A stretch of 49,751 bases of DNA from a virus (lineage: Duplodnaviria; Caudoviricetes): the IMG/VR virus record IMGVR_UViG_3300049052_000077, positions 1-49,751 of that record; one strand, written 5' to 3'. The position numbers and the translations under genes are program-made. Each line of letters opens with the position of its first letter. Positions within the stretch are counted from its first letter, which is position 1. Below, one piece after another: positions 34,681-44,500 of this stretch. The notes under the pieces were generated by a model, which was given only the letters and a program-made list of their open reading frames with translations, was not told where the DNA came from and did not search any database.

Positions 34681-36125
34681 GTGTCGAACTCACCCATAAG
34701 CAGGCGGTGCAGCGCGAGAAGGATATCCAGGACGAACTGGAGCGCCTGAAGGCGAAGACCGAGAAGACAGCGGAGGATCAGGCCAAGGTCGGCCCGCTGG
34801 TCGAGGAGTTCCGGAAGGTGCACGCGCACCGCCTGGACCTCGAGCACGACGCAGCCCTGGCCGAGGTCCGTTCCGCCACCGGCGCTCCGCTGAAGGCCGA
34901 TGATGCCGATCTGGGCCCCGCCCGAGCGGAGACCGAGGTCATCGACCGCACCCGCGGCGCCAGCCTCGGTGGCAAGTACCGCAACCCCTGGGACACCAGC
35001 GAGGTCCGCTACGGCCGCAACGGCACCGCCCACGAACTGCGTGAGCGTGCCCTCGACGCGATCGAGCGGATGCCGCACGCCAGCGACAAGGTGCGTGAGG
35101 TGTCCACGAACCTCATCGAGACCCACGAGGGCACCCGGATGGCGGAGATGGTGCTCACCACCACCTCCCCGGAGTACAGCTCGGCGTTCACCAAGGTGAT
35201 TCGTGCCCGCGGCCAGATGGCGGCGCTGAACTCCAGCGAACAGCAGGCCCTTTCGCGCGCGATGTCGCTGACCGACGCCAACGGCGGATACCTCGTGCCG
35301 TTCCAGTTGGATCCGACGGTGATCATCGCGGCCAACGGGTCGTTCAACGAGATCCGCAAGATCGCCCGGGTCGTGCAGGTCACCAGTGACGTGTGGCACG
35401 GCATCTCCACCGCCGGTGTCACCGGCTCGTGGGACGCGGAAGCTACCGAGGTCTCCGACGATTCGCCGACCATCGACCAGCCGGCCATCCCGGTCCACAA
35501 GGGCGCGGTGTTCGTCGCGCAGTCCTTCGAGGTGCAGGAAGACGCCACCGGCCTCGCGGGTGAGGTCGCGAAGATGATCGCGTTCGAGAAGGACCGGATG
35601 GAGGCGGTGGCGTTCGTCACCGGTTCGGGTTCGGGCCAGCCGACGGGCATCGTCACCGCGCTGACTGGCACATCCTCGGTGGTCACCTCGACCACGACCG
35701 ACACCTTCGCGGTCGGCGACGTGTACAAGCTCGACGGCGCCCTTCCCGCTCGGTACGCGGCGAACGGTTCGTGGCTGGGGCATCGCACCACCTACAACCT
35801 GATGCGGCAGTTCGACACCAACGGCGGCTCGGCCCTGTGGGGTCAGCTCGCCGACGGACGGTCGAGGGATCTGCTCGGCCGCCCGGATTACGTCGCGGAG
35901 GCGATGGACGGCACCGTCACCGCGCTGGCGGAGAACTACGTCCTGATCTTCGGCGACTTCTCCAACTATGTGATCGCGGATCGTTTGGGGACGACACTCA
36001 GTTACATTCCGCACCTTTTTGGCGCGAACGGTCGTCCGACTGGCCAGAGTGGTTGGTACGCTCATTTCCGAGTTGGTGCAGACTCGGTGAACGACTCAGC
36101 TTTTCGGATTTTGAACGTTACGTAG
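34677..36125 (+). CDS. major capsid protein (HK97 fold)
   Basis: Coiled-coil delta domain, GGYLVP, GSGSGQPTGI, LLGRP, FGDFS. Confidence 0.95.
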   Translation: MSVELTHKQAVQREKDIQDELERLKAKTEKTAEDQAKVGPLVEEFRKVHAHRLDLEHDAALAEVRSATGAPLKADDADLGPARAETEVIDRTRGASLGGKYRNPWDTSEVRYGRNGTAHELRERALDAIERMPHASDKVREVSTNLIETHEGTRMAEMVLTTTSPEYSSAFTKVIRARGQMAALNSSEQQALSRAMSLTDANGGYLVPFQLDPTVIIAANGSFNEIRKIARVVQVTSDVWHGISTAGVTGSWDAEATEVSDDSPTIDQPAIPVHKGAVFVAQSFEVQEDATGLAGEVAKMIAFEKDRMEAVAFVTGSGSGQPTGIVTALTGTSSVVTSTTTDTFAVGDVYKLDGALPARYAANGSWLGHRTTYNLMRQFDTNGGSALWGQLADGRSRDLLGRPDYVAEAMDGTVTALAENYVLIFGDFSNYVIADRLGTTLSYIPHLFGANGRPTGQSGWYAHFRVGADSVNDSAFRILNVT

Positions 36126-36263
36126 TCACACCCTAGTGCGTAATGTTCAGGCCGAGTTGGTCCTTAGCTCCTGTTAGTATGAGCATGCCCGCCGCTGATC
36201 ACGGCGGGTAGGAGCCTCCGAATCGCCAAGGGAATTCGGAGGCTCCGCTCGCCCTTGGGAGAT

Positions 36264-36977
36264 ATGTTGAGCAACGTTCGTAAACTCGTATGCACTGAGT
36301 GCTCCGGAGAGTTCCAGCAAGCCATTCGCCGCGGCGCCCGTAAGGCGCTGGTGTGCTCCATGGAGTGCAAGAAGATTCGGGCGAATCGGCTGGACCGCGA
36401 GTCCTACCAGCCCATCTCGGACCGCCGCAAGCGCGGCTCTAACCAGCATTGCGAAGTCGCAGGGTGTGATGGGCGCGCGAAGTCCAAGGGCCTGTGCGCG
36501 ATGCACTACGCGCGACTCCAGGCGTCGGGCGACCCCGGTGTTGCTGGGCAACTGAGACTGCACTGCTGGGTTAAGGGATGCGAGTCGGGAACATGGGCGC
36601 GAGGCCTGTGCCGTCTGCATTACGAGCGGATGAATAGGACCGGCGATCCGGGGCCGCTGCGGCGCAAGAAGAAGCCGAACGGCGAAGGCCGAAGCATCGT
36701 CCGGGGCTACGTAAGAATGGTTGCCCCGGATGGGCGAAGGATCGACGAGCATCGCTTTGTGATGGAACAACATCTGGGACGTCTGCTGGCGGACTTTGAG
36801 AATGTTCATCACAAGAATGGCATTAGACACGACAATCGGATCGAGAACCTGGAGCTGTGGGTCAAGCCACAGTTAGCAGGGCAGCGGGTCGAGGATCTCA
36901 TCGAATTCGTTGTCCAGGCATACCCGGATGAGGTCGCCGCAGCTCTCAACAGGAACGCACGGCCTTCTGCTGCCTGA
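36264..36977 (+). CDS. free-standing HNH homing endonuclease
   Basis: Repeated C.V.GC...GLC..HY units; EHRFVME...[19 protein letters not shown]. Confidence 0.9.
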   Translation: MLSNVRKLVCTECSGEFQQAIRRGARKALVCSMECKKIRANRLDRESYQPISDRRKRGSNQHCEVAGCDGRAKSKGLCAMHYARLQASGDPGVAGQLRLHCWVKGCESGTWARGLCRLHYERMNRTGDPGPLRRKKKPNGEGRSIVRGYVRMVAPDGRRIDEHRFVMEQHLGRLLADFENVHHKNGIRHDNRIENLELWVKPQLAGQRVEDLIEFVVQAYPDEVAAALNRNARPSAA

Positions 36978-36992
36978 TTTGGAGGTGACCGG

Positions 36993-37499
36993 TTGGAATT
37001 CGACCCCGGCCGGTTGCAGTCAGCCCTAGCCGCCATCCCCGAGGATGCCTGGTCGCTGCCCAGCAGCTACGCCGAGACCCGTGTACATCACGGCTATCGG
37101 CGCGTGGTGCTGGTCAGCGCCGGGCAACCCTGGGAACACGCGCACCACTTCGGATTCGTCCTCGACCGTCTCGCCCCGATTCAGGAGGCGTGGCTGTCGA
37201 GGATCGAACCGCAGGGGTTCATCGCCCCGCATCGTGACGCCGGGCCGTGGCGGGAACGCTGGCAGATTCCCATCGCTGCGGCTGGGGAGTGGTGCGGCGC
37301 CGAGACCTTCATCCCAGCAGACGGGCAAGCGTTCCCGGTGGAGCACTGGGCGCGGCACTCGGTCATCAACAACACCGGCCTGCCCCGCATCCATCTCGTC
37401 CTGGACCGGGATGTGTGGCTGAGTCGGGCACCCGAACCGTTCGAGGTCTACCCGATCCCAGACGACATGACCGACCTGGTTCAAAGGAGTCTCACGTGA
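36993..37499 (+). CDS. Asp/Asn beta-hydroxylase-like Fe(II)/2OG dioxygenase
   Basis: LSRIEPQGFIAPHRD, HSVIN, RIHLVLD; GGAGGTG RBS. Confidence 0.75.
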   Translation: MEFDPGRLQSALAAIPEDAWSLPSSYAETRVHHGYRRVVLVSAGQPWEHAHHFGFVLDRLAPIQEAWLSRIEPQGFIAPHRDAGPWRERWQIPIAAAGEWCGAETFIPADGQAFPVEHWARHSVINNTGLPRIHLVLDRDVWLSRAPEPFEVYPIPDDMTDLVQRSLT

Positions 37500-37849
37500 A
37501 GTACAGGTGCATCAACGCATTCGCGACCGGCGACCGGATCTACACCGGCGGGGAGGAAGTCGACGAAGGCGACCAGATCCTTAAGACCCACCGCGGCCAC
37601 TTCGCTGAAGTGACCAGTCGGCCGGGAGTGTTCGAGGCCGCGACCGCCGCGCCGGGTGAGCAGCGCGACCTCACCCCGCCGAGGAAGGCACCGGCCAAGA
37701 AGGCGCCCGCGAAGAAGGCCGCGCCGAAGGCGGAGCCCGCCAAGTCCGAGAGCAAGACGGACGACGGTGATAAGGCCGACGAGAAGGACGAGAAGTCCGC
37801 CTCGAGCAAGGCTGAGGCCGAGAAGAACGACAAGGGCGACGATGCGTAG
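37496..37849 (+). CDS. hypothetical head-region protein with a K/A/P-rich tail
   Basis: EAATAAPGEQR; KKAPAKK repeats. Confidence 0.7.
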   Translation: MKYRCINAFATGDRIYTGGEEVDEGDQILKTHRGHFAEVTSRPGVFEAATAAPGEQRDLTPPRKAPAKKAPAKKAAPKAEPAKSESKTDDGDKADEKDEKSASSKAEAEKNDKGDDA

Positions 37850-38255
37850 GACCCTGTACGGACGCTGCCTCGTACAACAGGCGCTGACATCGGCGGTGCG
37901 CACCAACGGCACCGTCAACGGCGCCACCGTCGATCTCGGCCTGTACGGCAACGACTTCCGCACCGTCCTGTTCATCGTGTCCACCGGCACCATCACCGAT
38001 GGCTCGCATGCGATCACGATGCAGGACTCGCCGGACGGCACCACCTGGACGGCGGTGCCTGCATCCAGGCGCCAGGGCTCACTGCCCACAATCGTCGCGG
38101 CCAACGACGACACGGTGTTCGAGTTCGGGTACATCGTCGGCACCAACCAGTACGTGCGCCTGGTAGCCACAACCTCCGGGGCGACCACGGGTGGAGCGTT
38201 CTCGGCGGTCGCCGTGTGCTCCGAAGGCAGCAACTCCGCGGTGGCGCGTTCCTGA
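37842..38255 (+). CDS. probable capsid decoration/virion protein
   Basis: T/G-rich beta protein; QDSPDGTTWT, QYVRL. Confidence 0.6.
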   Translation: MRRTLYGRCLVQQALTSAVRTNGTVNGATVDLGLYGNDFRTVLFIVSTGTITDGSHAITMQDSPDGTTWTAVPASRRQGSLPTIVAANDDTVFEFGYIVGTNQYVRLVATTSGATTGGAFSAVAVCSEGSNSAVARS

Positions 38256-38797
38256 TGGCTCCGCTCGCATCGACCGACGACCTGCGGAAGTGGAAGCAGC
38301 TCGACGTGGGCGAGTTCGACACCGACGCTGCGACGCTGGCCGTGGCGGGCGCAACCGGAATGATCCGGTCCCACTGCGGTTGGGATATCAGCCAGGCCAC
38401 CGTCACCGACGCTGTCCTCGACGGGCCCGGTAGCCGGAATCTGTGGCTGCCCACGTTGAAGTTGACCGCGGTCGCGTCGGTGGCGGTGAACGGTGACCCG
38501 TTGACTGTCGGCACCCAATACGACTGGACCGGTTACGGAAAGCTGATCCATCGCGGGTGCTGGCCGTCCACACCGAGGTCTATCACCATCACCTACACCC
38601 ACGGCTGGAACCCGGTCCCGGACGAAGTGAAGACCGCGGCGTTGATCCTCGCCGGGCTGCTGTACAGCAACCCCGACATGGCGGCGTCCTTCAGTGAAGC
38701 GTGGGGCCCGTTCAATGAGTCCCGCTCGTATGGCTCGGACCTACCGCCGATGATCGCGTCGATGCTGGGCCGGTACGTTCTCCAGGATCCGGGCTGA
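38255..38797 (+). CDS. head-to-tail adaptor
   Basis: LASTDDL, IRSHCGW, TYTHGW..VPDEV. Confidence 0.8.
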   Translation: MAPLASTDDLRKWKQLDVGEFDTDAATLAVAGATGMIRSHCGWDISQATVTDAVLDGPGSRNLWLPTLKLTAVASVAVNGDPLTVGTQYDWTGYGKLIHRGCWPSTPRSITITYTHGWNPVPDEVKTAALILAGLLYSNPDMAASFSEAWGPFNESRSYGSDLPPMIASMLGRYVLQDPG

Positions 38798-39132
38798 TGT
38801 TCCGGCTGAAGCACACCGCCGGGCACCGCGTGTACAGCGAGACCGGCGGCCAAGACGCACACGGCAACGACATCCCCGCCTGGGCCGAACCGGTGAACGT
38901 GCCAGCGATCTGGTGGTCCCCATCGTCCACGGAACCCGCAGTCGCCGGCCATGACCGGGTCGCGGTGGATGTGGTGATGGTCGTCGACTCCTCCCTGAAC
39001 GTGTCCCCGCACGACCGGATGGTTCTCAACGGGCAGGAGTACGAGGTGATCGGGTTTCCCGAGGACTACGACCACGGCCCCGGTCGGCCAGCGGGACGCA
39101 AGCCGATCAACCTACAGAGGGTGGACGGATGA
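38797..39132 (+). CDS. head-to-tail stopper
   Basis: DAHGN...W, DRMVLNGQEYEVIG.P, LQRVDG. Confidence 0.8.
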   Translation: MFRLKHTAGHRVYSETGGQDAHGNDIPAWAEPVNVPAIWWSPSSTEPAVAGHDRVAVDVVMVVDSSLNVSPHDRMVLNGQEYEVIGFPEDYDHGPGRPAGRKPINLQRVDG

Positions 39133-39329
39133 GCTACGCCGAGCATGTGATCCTCAACCTCGACACGAGTGAGATCACCATCGCGGGTGAGACGTTCCCC
39201 TGGTACTTCTCCGGCGCCGAGCCCGCGGTGATCAAGGGAGAACACGGCGAACCACTGCCGGGCCTCACGCTCACCATCGCGTGCGCGGATCTCACGGTGA
39301 TCTCGCCGGGAAAGATGATCAATGGCTGA
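39129..39329 (+). CDS. 66-aa protein related to the 26984-27352 repeat domain
   Basis: ITIAGETFPWY...LPGLTLTI. Confidence 0.6.
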   Translation: MSYAEHVILNLDTSEITIAGETFPWYFSGAEPAVIKGEHGEPLPGLTLTIACADLTVISPGKMING

Positions 39330-39591
39330 GTCACGGATCGAATGGAACCCTGACGCCTTCTACAAGCTGCGCAGTGCGCCCGGCGTGGTGCGCGACCTCG
39401 AAGCGCGCGGCCGCGCGGTCCTGGAGGCCTGCGGGGGTGAAGCGGCGGGGTATGTGATGACCAGCGAGCAGGGTGCGCGAAGCCCCGAGGGCCGCTGGCA
39501 GGTCTCGGTGATCGCCGCCACCGAAGAAGCCCGCATCGACAACGGACGCCACAACACGCTCGTCCGGAACTTCGGGGCTGCTCGTGGCTGA
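39322..39591 (+). CDS. neck/tail completion protein
   Basis: Synteny; ARIDNGRHNTLVR. Confidence 0.7.
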   Translation: MAESRIEWNPDAFYKLRSAPGVVRDLEARGRAVLEACGGEAAGYVMTSEQGARSPEGRWQVSVIAATEEARIDNGRHNTLVRNFGAARG

Positions 39592-39985
39592 AGTCATCGC
39601 CGCGGTCGGCGTCGAAGCGTTCTACGTCGCGTATATGAAGGCGCAGTTCGCCTCCCGCAACGAGACCGCGCGGGTCGCGACCAAGGTCCCTGCCGTCCGG
39701 CCGGACCGCATGGTGCGGGTGTCGCTGATCGGCACGGTCCGCCAAACCATCGTGCACTTCTACTCCCGGCTGCTCGTCGAATGCTGGGCCGAAAACGAAA
39801 CCGAAGCTGCGGATCTGGCGATGCTCGCGTATGCGCTTACCAACGCCCTGGAGGGCGAGGTGTCCAGCGGCGAATTCGTCTCCCAGGTCGTCACCGTCGG
39901 CGGCCCCGCGAACAGCCCGGACCCGGACGTCGGGCCGCGGTATCAGTTCACCGTCGACCTGCTCATGACAGGCGCGGTCATCTAA
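39584..39985 (+). CDS. tail terminator
   Basis: VECWA, PDPD..PRYQFTV. Confidence 0.8.
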   Translation: MAEVIAAVGVEAFYVAYMKAQFASRNETARVATKVPAVRPDRMVRVSLIGTVRQTIVHFYSRLLVECWAENETEAADLAMLAYALTNALEGEVSSGEFVSQVVTVGGPANSPDPDVGPRYQFTVDLLMTGAVI

Positions 39986-40049
39986 CTTCCCCCGGCAACG
40001 GAGGGAGGCCCCATCCATTCAGGGCCTGCGAATCCTGAAGGGACAGACA

Positions 40050-40859
40050 ATGGCTGGTAACTCCGTTGCCAAGATCGGTATCGGCGCACCGCTCGCCACC
40101 GGCGGGATTATGGTCGCCGCGGAAGGCACCACCCTGCCGGTCGGTGTGTCGAGCGCTACCACCGACTTCACGAAACTCGGCTATGTTGCCGACGATGGCC
40201 TGCGCCCCTCTGGTGAGCGCACCTCCACCGACATCTACGACTGGGCCGGCGACCTCATCTACTCGCCGCAGGAAAACCACTCCACCCAGTTCCAGTTCAA
40301 GCTGCTCGCCGCGTTCGACGGCGACGTCCTGTCGGAGGTGTTCGGCGAGGACAACGTCACCACGGTCGGTTCGCTGACCACGGTCGAAGAGACCGGTGAG
40401 CCGCTGGGTATCCACCCGTGGCTGTTCGATATGCGCGACAAGTCCAAGCGTGTCCGCATCGTCGTCCCGGCCGGGCAGATCACAGCAGTATCGGAGGACC
40501 CGTTCGTCCGCAACGCATTGCAGGCGTTCGACGTCACCCTCACCTGCTACAAGGACGACAACGGCCGCAAAGCCTACCGCTACTACGACGACGGCTCCGC
40601 GCCATCGGCACCGTCCATCACTTCGCGCGCGCCGTCGGGGAACCTCGCCACCGCTGGCGGGGACATCCTGTACCTGACCGGCACGAACTTCACCGGCACC
40701 ACCGCGGCGAGCGTCGGCGGAACGGCGGTCCTCGACTTCTACATCGTCGACGACCAGCACCTGATCATCACCACCCCCGCCAAGTCGGCGGGATCGCACA
40801 ACATCGTGGTGACCAACGCGACCGGCGCTTCGTCCGGGTTCGCGGTCACCTACGCGTAA
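40050..40859 (+). CDS. major tail protein with C-terminal IPT/TIG domain
   Basis: LGYVADDG, DWAGD; PSITS...GGDILYLTGTNF. Confidence 0.88.
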   Translation: MAGNSVAKIGIGAPLATGGIMVAAEGTTLPVGVSSATTDFTKLGYVADDGLRPSGERTSTDIYDWAGDLIYSPQENHSTQFQFKLLAAFDGDVLSEVFGEDNVTTVGSLTTVEETGEPLGIHPWLFDMRDKSKRVRIVVPAGQITAVSEDPFVRNALQAFDVTLTCYKDDNGRKAYRYYDDGSAPSAPSITSRAPSGNLATAGGDILYLTGTNFTGTTAASVGGTAVLDFYIVDDQHLIITTPAKSAGSHNIVVTNATGASSGFAVTYA

Positions 40860-40955
40860 CAGACCCCGGCGGCGCGGTTCACCTCGCAGGCCCGCCGCGC
40901 CGCCGGGCCCTTCGGGGCTTCCGAATAGAGCCTGCGACCAATGAAAGGGCCTGCG

Positions 40956-41279
40956 TTGCCTTTCCAGATCCCGGAGCCGGGCGGCTCCAAGCCGGAGAAC
41001 CGGTTCGAGTTCGAGCACAAGGGCAAGACCTACTCGATTCCGAAGCTCGAGTTCCTGTCGGCTGACGCCACGAAGTATGTCGAAGATGTGTCGACCGGGA
41101 AGATCCCCGATGCGGGGCTGACCGAGTACATCCGGACGCTGTTCTGCAAGGCCGAACCAAAACTGCCGAAGACCCTGTTCGATGGGCTCTCTCGCGATCA
41201 GATCGTCGCCTTGCGGGACGCCTGGTACGAGTCCTCGAAGGTGACCGCGGGGGAATCCTCGGCCTCCGAGAGTTCATAA
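40956..41279 (+). CDS. tail assembly chaperone (G)
   Basis: Between MTP and TMP; TTG start with GAAAGG RBS. Confidence 0.8.
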   Translation: MPFQIPEPGGSKPENRFEFEHKGKTYSIPKLEFLSADATKYVEDVSTGKIPDAGLTEYIRTLFCKAEPKLPKTLFDGLSRDQIVALRDAWYESSKVTAGESSASESS

Positions 41280-41527
41280 GGAACCACGAGGAGGCCGTCA
41301 CTGCCGACCTACTCGACCGCGACCGGCGTGTCAGTGACATCGGGACGGTGTGGTCGTGGTTCGAGTTCCGTTGCTGGCTCAAATACCTCGGCGATAAATC
41401 CGCCGTCGTGCGTGAGCGCCGTGCCCGCGCCGCGGAGGAAGCGATCCCTGAAGAGCAGCGAGTGATAGGCGGCCGCGGCGACGCGCTGCCGATCGACCAA
41501 CTGGAAGCCGCGATCGGCTGGAGATGA
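41249..41527 (+). CDS. tail assembly chaperone -1 frameshift extension (GT)
   Basis: Slippery G GGG GAA at 41249-41255; the -1 frame is open to TGA 41527 (GILGLREFIRNHEEAVTADLL...). Confidence 0.85.
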   Translation, partial: GGILGLREFIRNHEEAVTADLLDRDRRVSDIGTVWSWFEFRCWLKYLGDKSAVVRERRARAAEEAIPEEQRVIGGRGDALPIDQLEAAIGWR

Positions 41528-41540
41528 GAAGAGGTGAGGC

Positions 41541-44500
41541 GTGGCCGTTGAACTAGCCACTGGTTACGTCTCTCTCGTCCCTGAGACCAGCACCCTCGCC
41601 CGGGAGGCCGGTCGGGCGTTCGATCGCGTCGCCAACGACCTCCAGCGGCGGTTCGCGCGGGCGTTCAACGATTCCGGTCAAGCATTGGAGGGCACCTTCG
41701 CTCGGGCCGGGCAATCGGCTGGGCAGGCGGGCGGAAGGGCGGCCGCTAGAGGATTCAGCAGCCAACTGAATCAGATAGACGCATCGGCGTTCAATCGCAT
41801 TGCTCGTGGCGCCGAAGGTGCGGGCGAAGAGATTCGGCGGCTCAACCGCTGGCAGCTGAACGACCTGATCCGGGAAGCGAACCGAGCGGGGCAGCAGCTG
41901 GGTTCCGAGATACCGGCTGGCGCAGGCAATGCCGAACGGGCGCTGCGCAGGCTGGACGCTCAGGGCCTGGAGAATCTGCTTCGTAGCGCTCGTGAAGCGC
42001 AGCGGGCATTGGGCCGCGTGGACGATGAGGCTGCGCAGGCAACCCGGTCGGCCGGTAGTGCGGCCCGGGCTGCTGGCGCGGACAGCGGACAGCAGGCAGC
42101 CGAGGGGATGGGCGATAAGCTTGCCAATCTGCTCGGCGGCAAGGCCGGCATCATCGGCAGTACCGTCGCCGCCGCATTCTCGCTGGCTGGCTTCACCGCT
42201 GGCGGCCTCTTCGTCAAGGCCATCCAGCGGGGGATGGAGCAAGAGCAGGCGCTCGACCTCGCTCAGGCCAGGCTGGGCGTTGATGACGCGGTCATGCACA
42301 GGATCGGCACGGCCGCAGGGCGCGCCTACGCTGGCGCCTTCGGCGAGTCCGTTGAAGAGAACGTCGACACCGCCCGCCGCGCCATCCAGTCCGGGCTGCT
42401 GGACCCGAACGCGACCGCGCAGGAAACGCAGCAGGTCATTCAACAGTTGTCGGGAATCTCCCAACTCATGGGGGAGGAGATTCCCGCGGTCTCCCGGGCG
42501 GCGGGCCAGGCGATCAAGACGGGCATCGCCGGGAGCGCCACCGAAGCGTTCGATCTGTTCGCCACGGCCGAACGCAATGGGCTGAATGTGTCCGAGGACT
42601 TCCTCGACACCATCACAGAGTATGGCACCCAGTTCCGGAAGCTGGGGTTGTCCGGGCCAGAGGCGATCGGCCTGATCAACCAGGCCGTGAAGGCCGGCGC
42701 TCGGGACTCCGACATCGCCGCGGACGCGATCAAGGAATTCGCGATCCGGGTGGTCGACGGGTCCGACTCCACTGTGGAGGCGTTCCAGACCCTCGGGTTC
42801 GAAGCAGACGACCTGACTGCCAAGTTCTCTCAGGGCGGCTCTACGGCCCGCGCCGCGGTCGGCGACCTGCTGGCGAAGATCCGGGAGATCGAAGACCCGG
42901 TCGAGCGGAACAAGGTCGCGTTGGCCCTGTTCGGTACGCAGTTCGAGGACCTCGGCGACGCGCTGAACCAGTTCAACCTCGATACTGCGGTGAACTCCTT
43001 GGGCCAGGTGGCCGGTGCCGCGCAGAACGCCCTGAACGCAGTGGGCGGCAACGCCGCCACCTCCATCGAGGGTGCGAAGCGGTCCATCGAGACAAGCGCT
43101 GACGCGATCGGCGCCGCTCTGGCGAAAGCGTTCGGCCCCGAACTGGCGAAGGTCGCCGACTGGGTGACCAAGCACCAGCCGGAAATTCTCGGGTTCATGG
43201 GCAAGCTCGCCGACGGTGCGATCGCCACCGCGGACGCATTCCTCAGCTTCGCCTCGATCTCCCTCAATGCTTTCGCAGACCTCGCTGAAGGCGTGGGGCC
43301 CATCCTCGAGCAGACGCTGGACCCGATCGGCAAGGTCGCCGAGGTCATCGGCAAGCTCACCGGCAGCGAAGGCCTCGAGGATCTCGGGCACACGTTGCAG
43401 GAGATGGAGAACACGATGCGCGGTGCCGCCGACGGCGCCCGCGACATCGCCGACGGCATCGACAATTCCGCCCGCCCCAGCTTGGACCGGATGCGCGCCA
43501 GTGTCGCCGAGAACATCGCCGAAACGCGGCATGCCGCTGAAGTAACCAGAGCGCTGGGCGACACGGTCACCGCCCTGCCTGACGGCCACGACATCATCAT
43601 CAAGGAGAACACTCCGGAGGTTCAGGCACGGCTGGAGGCGCTGGGCTTTCGGGTAACCCATATGGAAGATGGGCAATTCCGAGTAGAAGCCAACACGGCG
43701 GAAGCCCAGCAGAGACTGAACGACTTCATCAATACCAATTCCGGGAAGGCTATCCCGGTCGAGATCATGGCCAGTCTCTCGGCGCAGTCCAGGGCGCTGA
43801 ATGCGGAGGTGGACCGCGCGTCCAGGGCCCAGCCCGGAACGATGGCGGCAGTGCCCCACTACGCCCGCGGGACGGGCGCACGCGGCGTCGTACCCGCGCT
43901 TGCTAGCGGCGGCCTGGCTGGGCGGACGCTGGAAGGCCGGTTGTGGGGGCCGGGTAACGGCCGCTCCGACAGCATCCTGGGCATCGGTCCGGACGGCATC
44001 CCGACAGCGTTGGTGTCCGCCGGTGAAGGCGTGATCAACGCGGCGGCCATGGCCCGCAATGGCGTCGGCGATCTCGTTGCCGCGCTTAACCGCGGATGGG
44101 TGCCGCCAGCGGATTACGTGCGCGACATCGTCCGTGGTGGCGCCCGGCTGTGGCACGGCAACTACGACGGCAGCCTGCGCGCGCTGGGAATCGAAGAGGA
44201 CAACCCTCTGGTCGCTGGGTCGATCGGCCTGCGTGACCTTCTGGTCAACGGCGACTACACCAGTAGCCTCCGCGACACGTTGGGCGTCGAGGAAGACAAC
44301 CCGCTGATCTCCGCGGCGCTGGGGTTGCGGTCGCTGGCGCACGGCAACTACGACAGCCGTCTGCGCGACTTCGGCATCGAAGAGGACAGTCCGCTGGTCG
44401 CGGCGGGAATCGGCGCCGGCGCACTGCTGATGCGCGGCGACTACAACCCGAACCTGCGGCAATTCGGCATAGAGGAAGACGATCCAATCGTCGACGCCGG

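Noticed and set aside
36126-36992. Group I intron or intein carrying the HNH
   Set aside because: MCP ends with a normal C-terminus and stop; the HNH is intergenic with its own RBS; no intron core seen.
37680-37840. DNA repeat element in the KKAPAKK region
   Set aside because: Low-complexity protein tail, common in actinophage head-region proteins.
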